From Spirochaetia bacterium (GTDB lineage Bacteria; Spirochaetota; Spirochaetia; SZUA-6; Bin103), in the NCBI GenBank assembly GCA_965203905.1, contig CBDBDQ010000005.1, positions 544,001 to 608,000 of the forward strand: a stretch of 64,000 bases of DNA, in the 5' to 3' direction. Under the pieces are notes generated by a model, which was given only the letters and a program-made list of their open reading frames with translations, did not search any database and was not told where the DNA came from. The position numbers and the translations under genes are program-made. Below, one piece after another: positions 18,963-27,964 of this stretch (position 1 is the first letter of the stretch; each line of letters begins with the position of its first letter).

Positions 18963-19955
18963 TTACGAGACTGGCTCAGCGTGGTCACGGAAACCGTCCT
19001 CGAGCCCCCGCAGCAACCGGTAGCAGGTGTCCAGCACCGGCACCCGCACCCCGCGCGCCGCGGCGCGGCGGACCACGTCGCCTGCCACGTGCTCGACCTC
19101 GGTACGGCGCTCGGCAAGGACGTCCTGGGTCATCGACGCCACCGCCTTCTGCCCCGTGGCGCGCAGCCGGTCCGCCATTTCGCCCAGCGCGGCAAGGAAA
19201 TCGTCGCGCGGGCCGTTGGTCCAGGCAGCAAGCGGCGTCGCGGTGCCGGGGGGATCGACCACGGTTACCCCCTCGGCTCTGGCCACGGCCATCACCTCCT
19301 CGGCGATGTCGACGTAGACGTCGGCCAGCAGCGGATGGGTGAAGACTGCCGCGATATCGCACCGCGCCAATGAGCTGGCAAGTGAGGTGCTCAGCATCCC
19401 GATGAGCTTCCACCATTCGACTGCCGCGACATCCTCGACTGCATTCGCCGGCAGGCCGGCTGCCTCGAGGCGCTGTGCCAGCTCCTGGATGCGAGGCGAG
19501 AGCGTGCCATCGGTCTCGCCCACCCACGTGGGCGCGCTGGTGTTCAGCCGGGCGTGACCGGCCCCCAGCTTGGTCGCCTGCATCATGGTCACCCCGCGTA
19601 CCACGGCCCCGGCACCGAAGACGGCGGCAAGGGTGTCGTCCTTTGCCAGGCCGTTCTGCAGCGAGAGCACTGCACCGGGACGGCAACCTGCCGCCGCCTC
19701 CAGCGCCGCGGTGGTGTCCTTGTTCTTGACCAGGACGAGCAGCCAATCGACGTCTCCGACGTCGCGCCCCGTGGTGGCGACGCGTGCCGGCACCTCGGCG
19801 GCCACAAGCCCTTCGATGCACAGCCTGTTGTCGCGGGCCTGCAGCGCCGGCACCTGCGACTCCTTGACGAGGACCGTGACGTCGCCCCCGTCCCGCGCCA
19901 ACAGTCCGGCAAACACCGTGCCGAGCCCGCCGCTACCGACGACCAGAAACCTCAC
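18963..19955 (-). CDS. Ketopantoate reductase family protein (PanE/ApbA-like)
   Basis: GSGGLG, LVK, SLQNG, WWKL, SMTQD..RRTE; GTG start at 19955. Confidence 0.85.
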   Translation of the reverse strand: MRFLVVGSGGLGTVFAGLLARDGGDVTVLVKESQVPALQARDNRLCIEGLVAAEVPARVATTGRDVGDVDWLLVLVKNKDTTAALEAAAGCRPGAVLSLQNGLAKDDTLAAVFGAGAVVRGVTMMQATKLGAGHARLNTSAPTWVGETDGTLSPRIQELAQRLEAAGLPANAVEDVAAVEWWKLIGMLSTSLASSLARCDIAAVFTHPLLADVYVDIAEEVMAVARAEGVTVVDPPGTATPLAAWTNGPRDDFLAALGEMADRLRATGQKAVASMTQDVLAERRTEVEHVAGDVVRRAAARGVRVPVLDTCYRLLRGLEDGFRDHAEPVS

Positions 19956-20029
19956 CGCATCCTCACTTCCGCGCTCCGGGGAGAACAGTGCATCGAGCGA
20001 GGAGGGCGACGCAAGGCCGACCGGGGGGC

Positions 20030-20848
20030 CTATTGATCGGGCCCGAGCATCACTTCGAGCTGGTCGAGGGGCTTGTAGTAGTCGGTGGCGTGGTAGTCGG
20101 AACCCATGTCGCCGAGCAGGCGCCGGCGCCGCGGGCTCAGGCGAGCGAGGACCGCGGCCGGCACTCTCTCGTAGTCGTAGGGGCGGCACCACATCTGGCC
20201 GTAGCGGAAGGTGACGCTGCGGCGCACGCTGTCGCCCAGGTTGGGGGCCACGCTGTGCCACAGGTTGTGCGGGAAGATGGCCACGTCCCCCGCCTCCACG
20301 AGGAGTTGCACGGCGCCGGGCGGATCTTCTCCGTCGGGAATGCCGGAGGCGGGAAACTCGACCCGGTGGCTGCCCGGGACCAGGCAGAAGTTGGCCCGGT
20401 CCCGCTGCGTGATGTCGGTGAGGAAGAATTGCACCTTGAAGTTGAGCGGCAGGCTGTCGGCGGTGACCCGGATGCGCTGCAGTGACGGGCCGGCGTCGGT
20501 GTGCCAGCGGAAGTCGCCCCGCCGGCCGGCGGGCCGCACGTAGATCTGGGTGCCCATGAGCTGGAGATAGGGTCCCATCAGCCCGACCACGGTGGGGAAG
20601 GTGCCGGGATGGTCGATCAGCGCGTCCAGGCCCGCGGTATGCTCGATCGCCTGGATGATGGTATAGGATCCACTGGGGCTGTTGGCCGCTTCGTAGCTGG
20701 CGATCGTCGCGTCGGCGGCGGCCAGGAACGCGGCGGCCTCGTCACGGGGGATCGCCTGCTTGAGCAGCACGTAGCCCTGCTCGCGCCACTGGGTGAGCAC
20801 TGCCTGACTCACGGTCTCCGTGGTCGCCGTATGGGTAGTAGTGGCCAT
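20030..20848 (-). CDS. PhyH family dioxygenase
   Basis: WHTD, VPGSH, LWHSV..R. Confidence 0.88.
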   Translation of the reverse strand: MATTTHTATTETVSQAVLTQWREQGYVLLKQAIPRDEAAAFLAAADATIASYEAANSPSGSYTIIQAIEHTAGLDALIDHPGTFPTVVGLMGPYLQLMGTQIYVRPAGRRGDFRWHTDAGPSLQRIRVTADSLPLNFKVQFFLTDITQRDRANFCLVPGSHRVEFPASGIPDGEDPPGAVQLLVEAGDVAIFPHNLWHSVAPNLGDSVRRSVTFRYGQMWCRPYDYERVPAAVLARLSPRRRRLLGDMGSDYHATDYYKPLDQLEVMLGPDQ

Positions 20849-20891
20849 CTCTCCCCGAGTGTAGCATCTTCGGTAGGCGAGCAAGCATCAC

Positions 20892-21776
20892 ATGGATACG
20901 CAAAAGGAAGCGGCCCGCATCGCGGCGCTGCTGGAGGAACAGAACTACATCGGCGACGACACCATCGTCACCTCGCTGCTGATCGCCGAGCAACTGCGCA
21001 AGCCGCTGCTGGTGGAGGGGCCGGCCGGCGTCGGCAAGACCGAGATCGCCAAGGTGCTGGCGCGCGCGCTGGACACCGACCTGATCCGCCTGCAGTGCTA
21101 CGAGGGGCTGGACGCCAGCACCGCCCTCTACGAGTGGGACTACAAGCGCCAGTTGCTGCACATCCGCCTGAGCGAGCAGGAGAGCACTTCGCTGGCGGAA
21201 CGGGAACGGGAGCTGTTCGATGAACGCTACCTGCTGAAGCGGCCCCTGCTGCAGGCGATCACGCAGCAGCGCAGTCCGGTGCTGCTGGTGGACGAGCTGG
21301 ACCGTGCGGACGAGGAGTTCGAGGCGTTCCTGCTGGAGGTGCTGTCGGACTGGCAGATCTCGATTCCCGAGCTCGGCACCGTGAGCGCCAGCCACGTGCC
21401 CTACGTGGTGGTGACCAGCAACCGCACCCGCGAGCTGTCGGATGCGGTGCGGCGGCGCTGCCTGTACCTGTGGATCGACTACCCGGACTACGCCAAGGAG
21501 CTGACCATCGTGCGGCGGCGGGTGCCGGGCATCGACGCCGCGCTGGCCGACCAGATCTGCCGCTTCGTGGAGGCGGCGCGCACTCAGCCGCTGCAGAAGG
21601 TGCCGGGCATCGCCGAGACCCTCGACTGGGCCGCCACCCTGGTGGCGCTGCACCGCGACTGTCTCGACGAGGAGGTGGTCGCCGCCACCCTCGGCGTGGT
21701 GTTCAAGAGCCACGACGACGTCACCCACGTGCGCCACCAGACGCGGCAGATGCTGGCGGCGTTGGCGGCGGGGTGA
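20892..21776 (+). CDS. MoxR-family AAA+ ATPase (CoxD-like)
   Basis: EGPAGVGKT, RLQCYEGLD, DELDRADEEFE, RRRCLY. Confidence 0.92.
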   Translation: MDTQKEAARIAALLEEQNYIGDDTIVTSLLIAEQLRKPLLVEGPAGVGKTEIAKVLARALDTDLIRLQCYEGLDASTALYEWDYKRQLLHIRLSEQESTSLAERERELFDERYLLKRPLLQAITQQRSPVLLVDELDRADEEFEAFLLEVLSDWQISIPELGTVSASHVPYVVVTSNRTRELSDAVRRRCLYLWIDYPDYAKELTIVRRRVPGIDAALADQICRFVEAARTQPLQKVPGIAETLDWAATLVALHRDCLDEEVVAATLGVVFKSHDDVTHVRHQTRQMLAALAAG

Positions 21777-21808
21777 GCTTCGGGCGCGACGTGCCCGAGG
21801 AGTTCGCG

Positions 21809-22960
21809 ATGACCGCGACCGGCGCAACCGGTGCGAGCGGCCGCAGCCTGTCGGCGCGCATCGTTCGCTTCTGCCGGCTGCTGCGCAGCGAGGGCGTGGG
21901 CCTGGGGCCGGGCGAGCAGGCCGACGCCCTGCGTGCCGCGGCGCTGGCGCTGCACGACCCGCGACGCTTCCGCGTCGCGCTACGCGCCGCCACCGCCAAG
22001 ACCCGCGCCGAGCAGGAGCTGTTCGACGCCTGCTACGCCAGCTACTGGGAAGACCAGGCGGCGCTCACCGACGAGGATCCCGGCCCGGGAGAGCGCGTGC
22101 TGCCCCCCGCGCGTCTGCCGCAGCGTGCCCAGCAGGCGGCGCAGTTTGCCGCCGACCTCGCTACCGACTCCGGCCGCGAGGTCTCTGCCGCCGCCTACAG
22201 CCCACAACAGGTGCCGGCGCACACCGACTTCGCGCAGCTCAGCGCCGAGGAGATGGAACAGATCACCGAGCTGCTGCTGCTGATCGGACGTCAACTCGCG
22301 CGCTCCCTGTCGCGCCGCTATGCGCCCGCGGCGCGCGGTTCCCGCCTCGACCTGCGCCGCACCCTGCGCGCCGGACTGCGCTCCGGGGAGCTGTTGGAAC
22401 TGGCCCTGCTGCAGCGCCGCCGGCGCCGGCTGAAGCTGGCCCTGATCTGCGACGTCAGCAAGTCGATGGATCTCTACAGCCGCTTCCTGCTGCAGTTCAT
22501 GTTCGCCTTCCAGCGCGCCTACCGCCGCATCGAGACCTTCGTGTTCAGCACCAACCTGCACCGCGTCACCGACCAGTTGCGCGGGCGCAACCTCACGCTG
22601 GCGCTCGACCTGCTTGCGGCCACGGTGCCGGAGTGGGCCGGTGGCACCCGCATCGGCGCCTCGCTGCACCAGTACCTGGAGCAGTATGGGCGCACCGCCC
22701 TGGACCGGCGCACCGTGGTGGCGATCCTGAGCGACGGCTGGGACACCGGCGACATCGAGCTGCTCGGCGCCGGCATGGAAGAGATCCAGCGCCGCGCCGC
22801 CCTGGTGATCTGGCTCAACCCGCTGCTCGGCAACCCCGACTACCGGCCCCAGACCCGCGGCATGCAGGCCGCGCTGCCGTTCGTCGACGTGTTCGCCGCC
22901 GCCCATAACGCCGCCAGCCTCCGCCGCCTCGCCACCACCCTCGCCGGCCAGCGCAGGTAG
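21809..22960 (+). CDS. VWA-domain CoxE-like protein
   Basis: MIDAS DVSKSM, GGTRIG, SDGWD, WLNPL; GTG 21773 is an alternative start. Confidence 0.9.
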   Translation: MTATGATGASGRSLSARIVRFCRLLRSEGVGLGPGEQADALRAAALALHDPRRFRVALRAATAKTRAEQELFDACYASYWEDQAALTDEDPGPGERVLPPARLPQRAQQAAQFAADLATDSGREVSAAAYSPQQVPAHTDFAQLSAEEMEQITELLLLIGRQLARSLSRRYAPAARGSRLDLRRTLRAGLRSGELLELALLQRRRRRLKLALICDVSKSMDLYSRFLLQFMFAFQRAYRRIETFVFSTNLHRVTDQLRGRNLTLALDLLAATVPEWAGGTRIGASLHQYLEQYGRTALDRRTVVAILSDGWDTGDIELLGAGMEEIQRRAALVIWLNPLLGNPDYRPQTRGMQAALPFVDVFAAAHNAASLRRLATTLAGQRR

Positions 22961-23040
22961 GGTCGGAGCCCGCGCCGCGTGCCTGGCTGGCCACTTCAGC
23001 CGGGACACGGAGTGGGGCGTAGCCGTTATGATGCAGTGCG

Positions 23041-24552
23041 ATGAGTGACAGCCGCGACCAAGCCCGCTCCCTCGACCGCCTCAAGCAACTCGACCGCGAG
23101 ATTCACCTGCTGGAGCACGTGACCCTGCTGGTGCAGTGGGACCAGGAGACGTACATGCCGCCGGGCGCGGTGGAAGAGCGGGGCGATCAGCTCGCGTTGC
23201 TGGAGGGCGAGGTTCACGCGCGCCGCACCTCGGCCGAAATGGGCGACCTGATCGCGGCCGCCGAGTCACGCACCGACCTCGACCCCAACGACCGCGCGCT
23301 GGTGCGCGAACTGCGCCGTTCCTACGACCGCGCCACCCGGCTGCCGGCGGACCTGGTGAAGGCAATCGCGCGCCAGGGCAGCGTGAACCACGCCAGTTGG
23401 GGGAATGCGCGAAGCGATTCCGACTTCGCCATTTTCCGCGACGACCTGGAGCGGACCCTGATGCTGACCCGCGAGAAGGCGGATTGTCTGGGTTCTACGG
23501 AGACGCGCTACGATCCGTTGCTGGACGAGTTCGAGCCGTGGATGACCACCGCGGAGCTGCGCGGGGTGCTGGATTCGCTGCGCGCTCCGCTGGTGGACCT
23601 GCTGCAGCGGATCACGGCGTCGGACATGGATCTCGACGACAGCGTGCTGCGGCGCGATTACGACGTTTCCGCGCAACGTACCTTTAGCGATCATCTACTG
23701 GCGGCGCTGGGTTTCTCATCGCAGACCGGACGGCTGGACGTTTCGGCGCACCCCTTCTCCACCACGTTGGGCGCCAACGACGGGCGCCTCACCACCCGGT
23801 TCTATCCCGACCTGCTCAGCGCCAGCATCTTCGGCACCATTCACGAATGCGGGCATGGCCTGCACGGACTGGGAGTGGCGCCCGAGCTGGCCACCACCGA
23901 GCTGGGCGACGGCACCTCGCTCGGCATCTGCGAGTCGCAGTCGCGCTTCTGGGAGAACCTGATCGCGCGCCGGCGCGCCTTCTGGGAGCACTTCTACCCG
24001 CAGTTGCAACCGCGCTTCCCGGCGCTGGCGGATGTGGACCTGGACCGCTTCTACCGCGCGGTGAACGCGGTCAAGCCGTCGCTGATCCGGGTGGAGGCGG
24101 ACGAGGTGACCTACAACCTCCACATCCTGCTGCGCTTCGGCCTGGAACGGCGCCTGGTGGACGGCGAGATCGAGGTGGCCGACCTGCCGGAGGCCTGGCG
24201 CGAGGAGTCGCGGGAGTTGCTGGGGATCGTGCCGGAGCGCGACGCCGACGGCGTGCTGCAGGACATCCACTGGTCGATGTTCCTGATCGGCTACTTTCCC
24301 ACCTACTCGCTCGGCAACCTGTACGGGGCCCAGTTCCACGCCACCATGGCACGGGAGCTATCCGACTGGGAGGAGCAGGTGCGCCGCGGGGAGTTCGAGC
24401 AGATCCTGGGCTGGTTGCGGGAGCGCATCCATCGCCACGGCCGGGTCTACTCCGCCACCGAGATCTGCCGCCGGGTGACCGGCGAGCCGCTCGACGCGAG
24501 CTACTTCCTGAACTACCTGGAGGACAAGTTCGGCGAGCTCTATCGCCTGTAG
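23041..24552 (+). CDS. Carboxypeptidase, family M32 (Taq-like)
   Basis: HPF, HECGH (HExxH), ESQSRFWE, IRVEADE, QDIHW, GYFPTY. Confidence 0.95.
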   Translation: MSDSRDQARSLDRLKQLDREIHLLEHVTLLVQWDQETYMPPGAVEERGDQLALLEGEVHARRTSAEMGDLIAAAESRTDLDPNDRALVRELRRSYDRATRLPADLVKAIARQGSVNHASWGNARSDSDFAIFRDDLERTLMLTREKADCLGSTETRYDPLLDEFEPWMTTAELRGVLDSLRAPLVDLLQRITASDMDLDDSVLRRDYDVSAQRTFSDHLLAALGFSSQTGRLDVSAHPFSTTLGANDGRLTTRFYPDLLSASIFGTIHECGHGLHGLGVAPELATTELGDGTSLGICESQSRFWENLIARRRAFWEHFYPQLQPRFPALADVDLDRFYRAVNAVKPSLIRVEADEVTYNLHILLRFGLERRLVDGEIEVADLPEAWREESRELLGIVPERDADGVLQDIHWSMFLIGYFPTYSLGNLYGAQFHATMARELSDWEEQVRRGEFEQILGWLRERIHRHGRVYSATEICRRVTGEPLDASYFLNYLEDKFGELYRL

Positions 24553-24560
24553 CCGCCCGG

Positions 24561-25478
24561 ATGAATACGCCGGCATTCGACTTCGCCGCCATCCCGAGCC
24601 CCATCATCCTGCGCGGCAACGAGGAGCAGGCGTACCGCGACCCCTGCGGGCATTACCACAACGGGATGTTCCGGGTGTGGCACAGCAACGTCCGCGGCCC
24701 GGCCGGCTCGAGCTGGAGCGCCGCCACGGCAGTCACCGAGAGCCGCGACCTGGTCGCCTGGAGCGAGCCGCGCGACGTGACGCCGCGCTACCGGGCACTC
24801 AACTACTCCAGCCCCGGAAACGTGATCCGCCACGGCGACCGCTGGCTGATGTGCCTGCAGACCTATCCCAGCCGCGACGGCAGACCGGGCGACCACACCG
24901 CGCGAATCTTCGCCATGCACAGCAGCGACCTGCAGGAGTGGTCGGAGCCGGAGCTGTTGCGGGTCAAGGGACCGGATGTGGCGCGAGCGGAGATGGGGCG
25001 GATGATCGATCCCTACCTGATCGAGGACCAGGCGGAGCCCGGCAGGTGGTGGTGCTTCTACAAGCAGAACGGAGCGAGCCGGTCGTGGTCGCGCGACCTT
25101 CGGCACTGGACCTATGCCGGGCGCGTCGATGCGGGGGAGAACGTATGCCTGCTGGCAGAGGGGGGCGAGTACACGATGTTCCACTCCCCCACCAACGGCA
25201 TTGGGATCAAGCGCTCGCGGGACCTGGAGCGGTGGACCGATCACGGCCTGCTCACGCTGGGGCAGCGGCAGTGGCCGTGGGCGCAGGGGCGCATCACCGC
25301 CGGCCAGGTGCTGGACCTGCGCGCCGAGCCGGGGATCGGGCGCTACGTGATGTTTTTCCACGGCAGCAGCCCGGCCGGGTGCGCGTTGCAGGAGGTGCAC
25401 GGACATGCCTCGCTCGGCATCGCCTGGAGCGACGACCTGGTGCACTGGGACTGGCCGCGAGGGAACGGCGATGCCTGA
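24561..25478 (+). CDS. Five-bladed beta-propeller glycoside hydrolase-like protein (GH32/43-like)
   Basis: YRDP and IDPY motifs, repeated SxDLxxW blades; real start MNTPAFDF. Confidence 0.7.
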   Translation: MNTPAFDFAAIPSPIILRGNEEQAYRDPCGHYHNGMFRVWHSNVRGPAGSSWSAATAVTESRDLVAWSEPRDVTPRYRALNYSSPGNVIRHGDRWLMCLQTYPSRDGRPGDHTARIFAMHSSDLQEWSEPELLRVKGPDVARAEMGRMIDPYLIEDQAEPGRWWCFYKQNGASRSWSRDLRHWTYAGRVDAGENVCLLAEGGEYTMFHSPTNGIGIKRSRDLERWTDHGLLTLGQRQWPWAQGRITAGQVLDLRAEPGIGRYVMFFHGSSPAGCALQEVHGHASLGIAWSDDLVHWDWPRGNGDA

Positions 25479-26403
25479 GCCACCGGCGGCGGCGTTGGGC
25501 AGGTGGTGGCTGGCGATCCGGCCGCGCACCCTGTGGGCGGCGGTGGCACCGGTGCTGGCCGGCAGCGCCCTGGCCCTGTGGCACGGCGCCTTCGCCCCCC
25601 TGTGGGCGCTGGTGGCGCTCGCCGGCGCGCTGTTGATCCAGGTGGGCTGCAACCTGCACAACGACTGGGCGGACGCGCGCCACGGCGCCGACACCGCGGC
25701 CCGCGTCGGCCCCACGCGGGTGACCCAGGCGGGGCTGATTCCACCGGCCCAGGTGCTCGGCGGCGCGGTTGCGATGTTTGCCGGCGCGGCGGCCCTGGGG
25801 GTGCTGGGCGTGGTGCGGGCCGGGTGGCCCCTGGCGCTGCTGCTGGCGGCCTGCATCGCGGCCGCCGTGAGCTACACCGGCGGCCCGCGGCCGCTCGGCT
25901 ACCTCGGGTTCGGCGACCTGCTGGTGCTGGTGTTCTTCGGCCCGGTGGCGGTGGGCGCGACCTACTACCTGCAGGCGCTGGCACTGCCGCCCCTGGTGGT
26001 CGCCGTCGGGCTGGGACCGGGTCTTCTGGCCACCGCCATCCTGGTGGTGAACAACGTGCGTGACCGCGTCACCGACGAGCAGAGCGGCAAGCGCACCCTG
26101 GCGGTCCGCTTCGGCGACCGCTTCGCCCGCCGCGAGTACCTGGCGTGCCTGCTGGCGGGCGTGCTGCTGCCGCCGGTCCTGCTGCTGGCGACCGGCTCCG
26201 GCGCCGCGCGCTGGCCCGCGCTGCTGCCGCTGGTGGCGCTGGTTCCCGCGTTGCGCCTGAACGCGGAGCTGCGCGGTACGGCCCCCGGCCCCGCCATGAA
26301 CGGGCTGCTGGCGCGTACCGCCCAGGTGCTCCTGCTGCAGGCGCTCCTGCTGCTGGCCGCTGCCGTCCTTGCCGCCCTGCTGGCCGCAGTGCGCTCCGGA
26401 TGA
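25471..26403 (+). CDS. menA: 1,4-dihydroxy-2-naphthoate polyprenyltransferase
   Basis: RPRTL, NDWAD..GAD, YTGGP.PLGY.G.GD, NNVRD..D..GKRTLAVR; adjacent to menE. Confidence 0.92.
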   Translation: MPEPPAAALGRWWLAIRPRTLWAAVAPVLAGSALALWHGAFAPLWALVALAGALLIQVGCNLHNDWADARHGADTAARVGPTRVTQAGLIPPAQVLGGAVAMFAGAAALGVLGVVRAGWPLALLLAACIAAAVSYTGGPRPLGYLGFGDLLVLVFFGPVAVGATYYLQALALPPLVVAVGLGPGLLATAILVVNNVRDRVTDEQSGKRTLAVRFGDRFARREYLACLLAGVLLPPVLLLATGSGAARWPALLPLVALVPALRLNAELRGTAPGPAMNGLLARTAQVLLLQALLLLAAAVLAALLAAVRSG

Positions 26404-27887
26404 TGCACGCGCCCGCCGCTGGCGACGCTGTCGCCACGCTGGCACCGGAAGAAATCCTCGACCTTACCGCCCTGGGCGAGCGCTTCGGTACCTCACCCGC
26501 GCTGCAATGGCACGGCCTGACGGTCAGCTATCGCGACTACGCGCGGCGTGTGGCGCGGACCGCGGCCGCCTTGGCCGAGGCAGGAGTGCGGCCGAACCAG
26601 CGCGTCGCGCTACCGGCCGAGCTCGATCCTCCGACCTGGGCCGCTACCCTGTTCGGCATCCTCGCGGCCGGCGCGGTGGCGGTGCTGCTGCCGGCCCGCG
26701 CCGCGCCGCGGGAACGGGAACGGCTGCTCGCGCAGACGCGCGCGATCAAGTGGCAGGGCAGGCCGGCGCAAGGTGCGCCGCGGCCGGCGCCGGTGCGCAT
26801 CGCCATCCACCGCCCGGCCACCGTGGTGTTCACCTCCGGCTCTACCGCCGCGCCCAAGGCGGTGGTGCACAGCACCGCCAACCACCTCTACAGCGCCGCC
26901 GGCTCGGCGGCGAACATCCCGCTGGAGCCTGAAGACACCTGGCTGGTGGTGCTGCCGCTCAGTCACGTGGCGGGGCTCAGTATCCTGTTCCGCACGCTCA
27001 GCGCCGGAGCCTGCGCGCTGTTCGCCGAGGGCGGCGCGTTCCGCGACGCCGACGACCCGGCCGCCCGCCTGCTGCCGGCCGCCACCCACGTGTCGCTGGT
27101 GCAGACGCAGCTTCGCCGCCTGCTGCAGATCCCCCGCTGGCAGGCGCTGACCGGATGCCTGCGCGCCGCCCTGATCGGCGGCAGCGCGCTCTCCGCACCG
27201 CTGCTGCGCCAGGCCCGTGACCAGGGGCTGCCGGTGTGCGCCTCCTACGGCTGCACGGAGATGGCCTCGCAGGTGGCCACCACCCGCCCCGGCGACCCCG
27301 ACGAGACCTTCACCGCGGCACGGGTCCTGCCGCACCGCAAGGCCGCGATCGCCGCCGACGGCGAGATCCTGCTGGGCGGCCGCACCCTGTGCCTTGGCTA
27401 CCTCGACCAGGAGCGCGTGCGGCCCGCTGCCGGCGCTGGCGGCTGGTTCGCCAGCGGTGACCTGGGCCGGCTCGACGATGGCAGACTGTCGGTCACCGGG
27501 CGCCGCGACGCCCGCTTCATCTCCGGCGGCGAGAACATCCAGCCTGAAGAGGTGGAGCAGGCGTTGCTCGAACACCCCGCGGTGCTGGCGGCGGTGTGCG
27601 TGGCGGTGCCGGACCCCGAGTTCGGCAGCCGGCCGGCAGCCTTTCTTGCCGTCGAGTCGGGTACGCTCCCCCCGCCCGACATCGAAGCCCACCTCGCCAC
27701 CCGGCTGGCGCGCTTCAAGCACCCGGCACACTATTTCGCCCTGCCGGCGACACCCTCCGGTTCAGCGACCAGCGCTACCGTCAGCGCCATCAAGCACTCC
27801 CGCAGCGCCCTCGCCGCCCTCGCCGCGCGCGCCATCTCCAAGCCGCGCCTGCGACAGCCGTCGCTGCCGTTGCCACAGCCAAACTGA
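26400..27887 (+). CDS. menE: o-succinylbenzoate--CoA ligase
   Basis: FTSGSTAAPK, SYGCTE, SGDLG, GRRD.RFISGGENI.PEE; overlaps the menA stop. Confidence 0.88.
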   Translation: MMHAPAAGDAVATLAPEEILDLTALGERFGTSPALQWHGLTVSYRDYARRVARTAAALAEAGVRPNQRVALPAELDPPTWAATLFGILAAGAVAVLLPARAAPRERERLLAQTRAIKWQGRPAQGAPRPAPVRIAIHRPATVVFTSGSTAAPKAVVHSTANHLYSAAGSAANIPLEPEDTWLVVLPLSHVAGLSILFRTLSAGACALFAEGGAFRDADDPAARLLPAATHVSLVQTQLRRLLQIPRWQALTGCLRAALIGGSALSAPLLRQARDQGLPVCASYGCTEMASQVATTRPGDPDETFTAARVLPHRKAAIAADGEILLGGRTLCLGYLDQERVRPAAGAGGWFASGDLGRLDDGRLSVTGRRDARFISGGENIQPEEVEQALLEHPAVLAAVCVAVPDPEFGSRPAAFLAVESGTLPPPDIEAHLATRLARFKHPAHYFALPATPSGSATSATVSAIKHSRSALAALAARAISKPRLRQPSLPLPQPN

Positions 27888-27964
27888 CACTGTCGAAGTC
27901 CCGCCGCGGTGTGCCCGGTTCCCGTCGTGATACACTGCCATGCGGTGCATCAGGCGTACCGACG

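Noticed and set aside
23006-23016. CACGGAGTGGG matching part of the ~80-bp repeat
   Set aside because: Only ~11 bp match and the flanks do not align.
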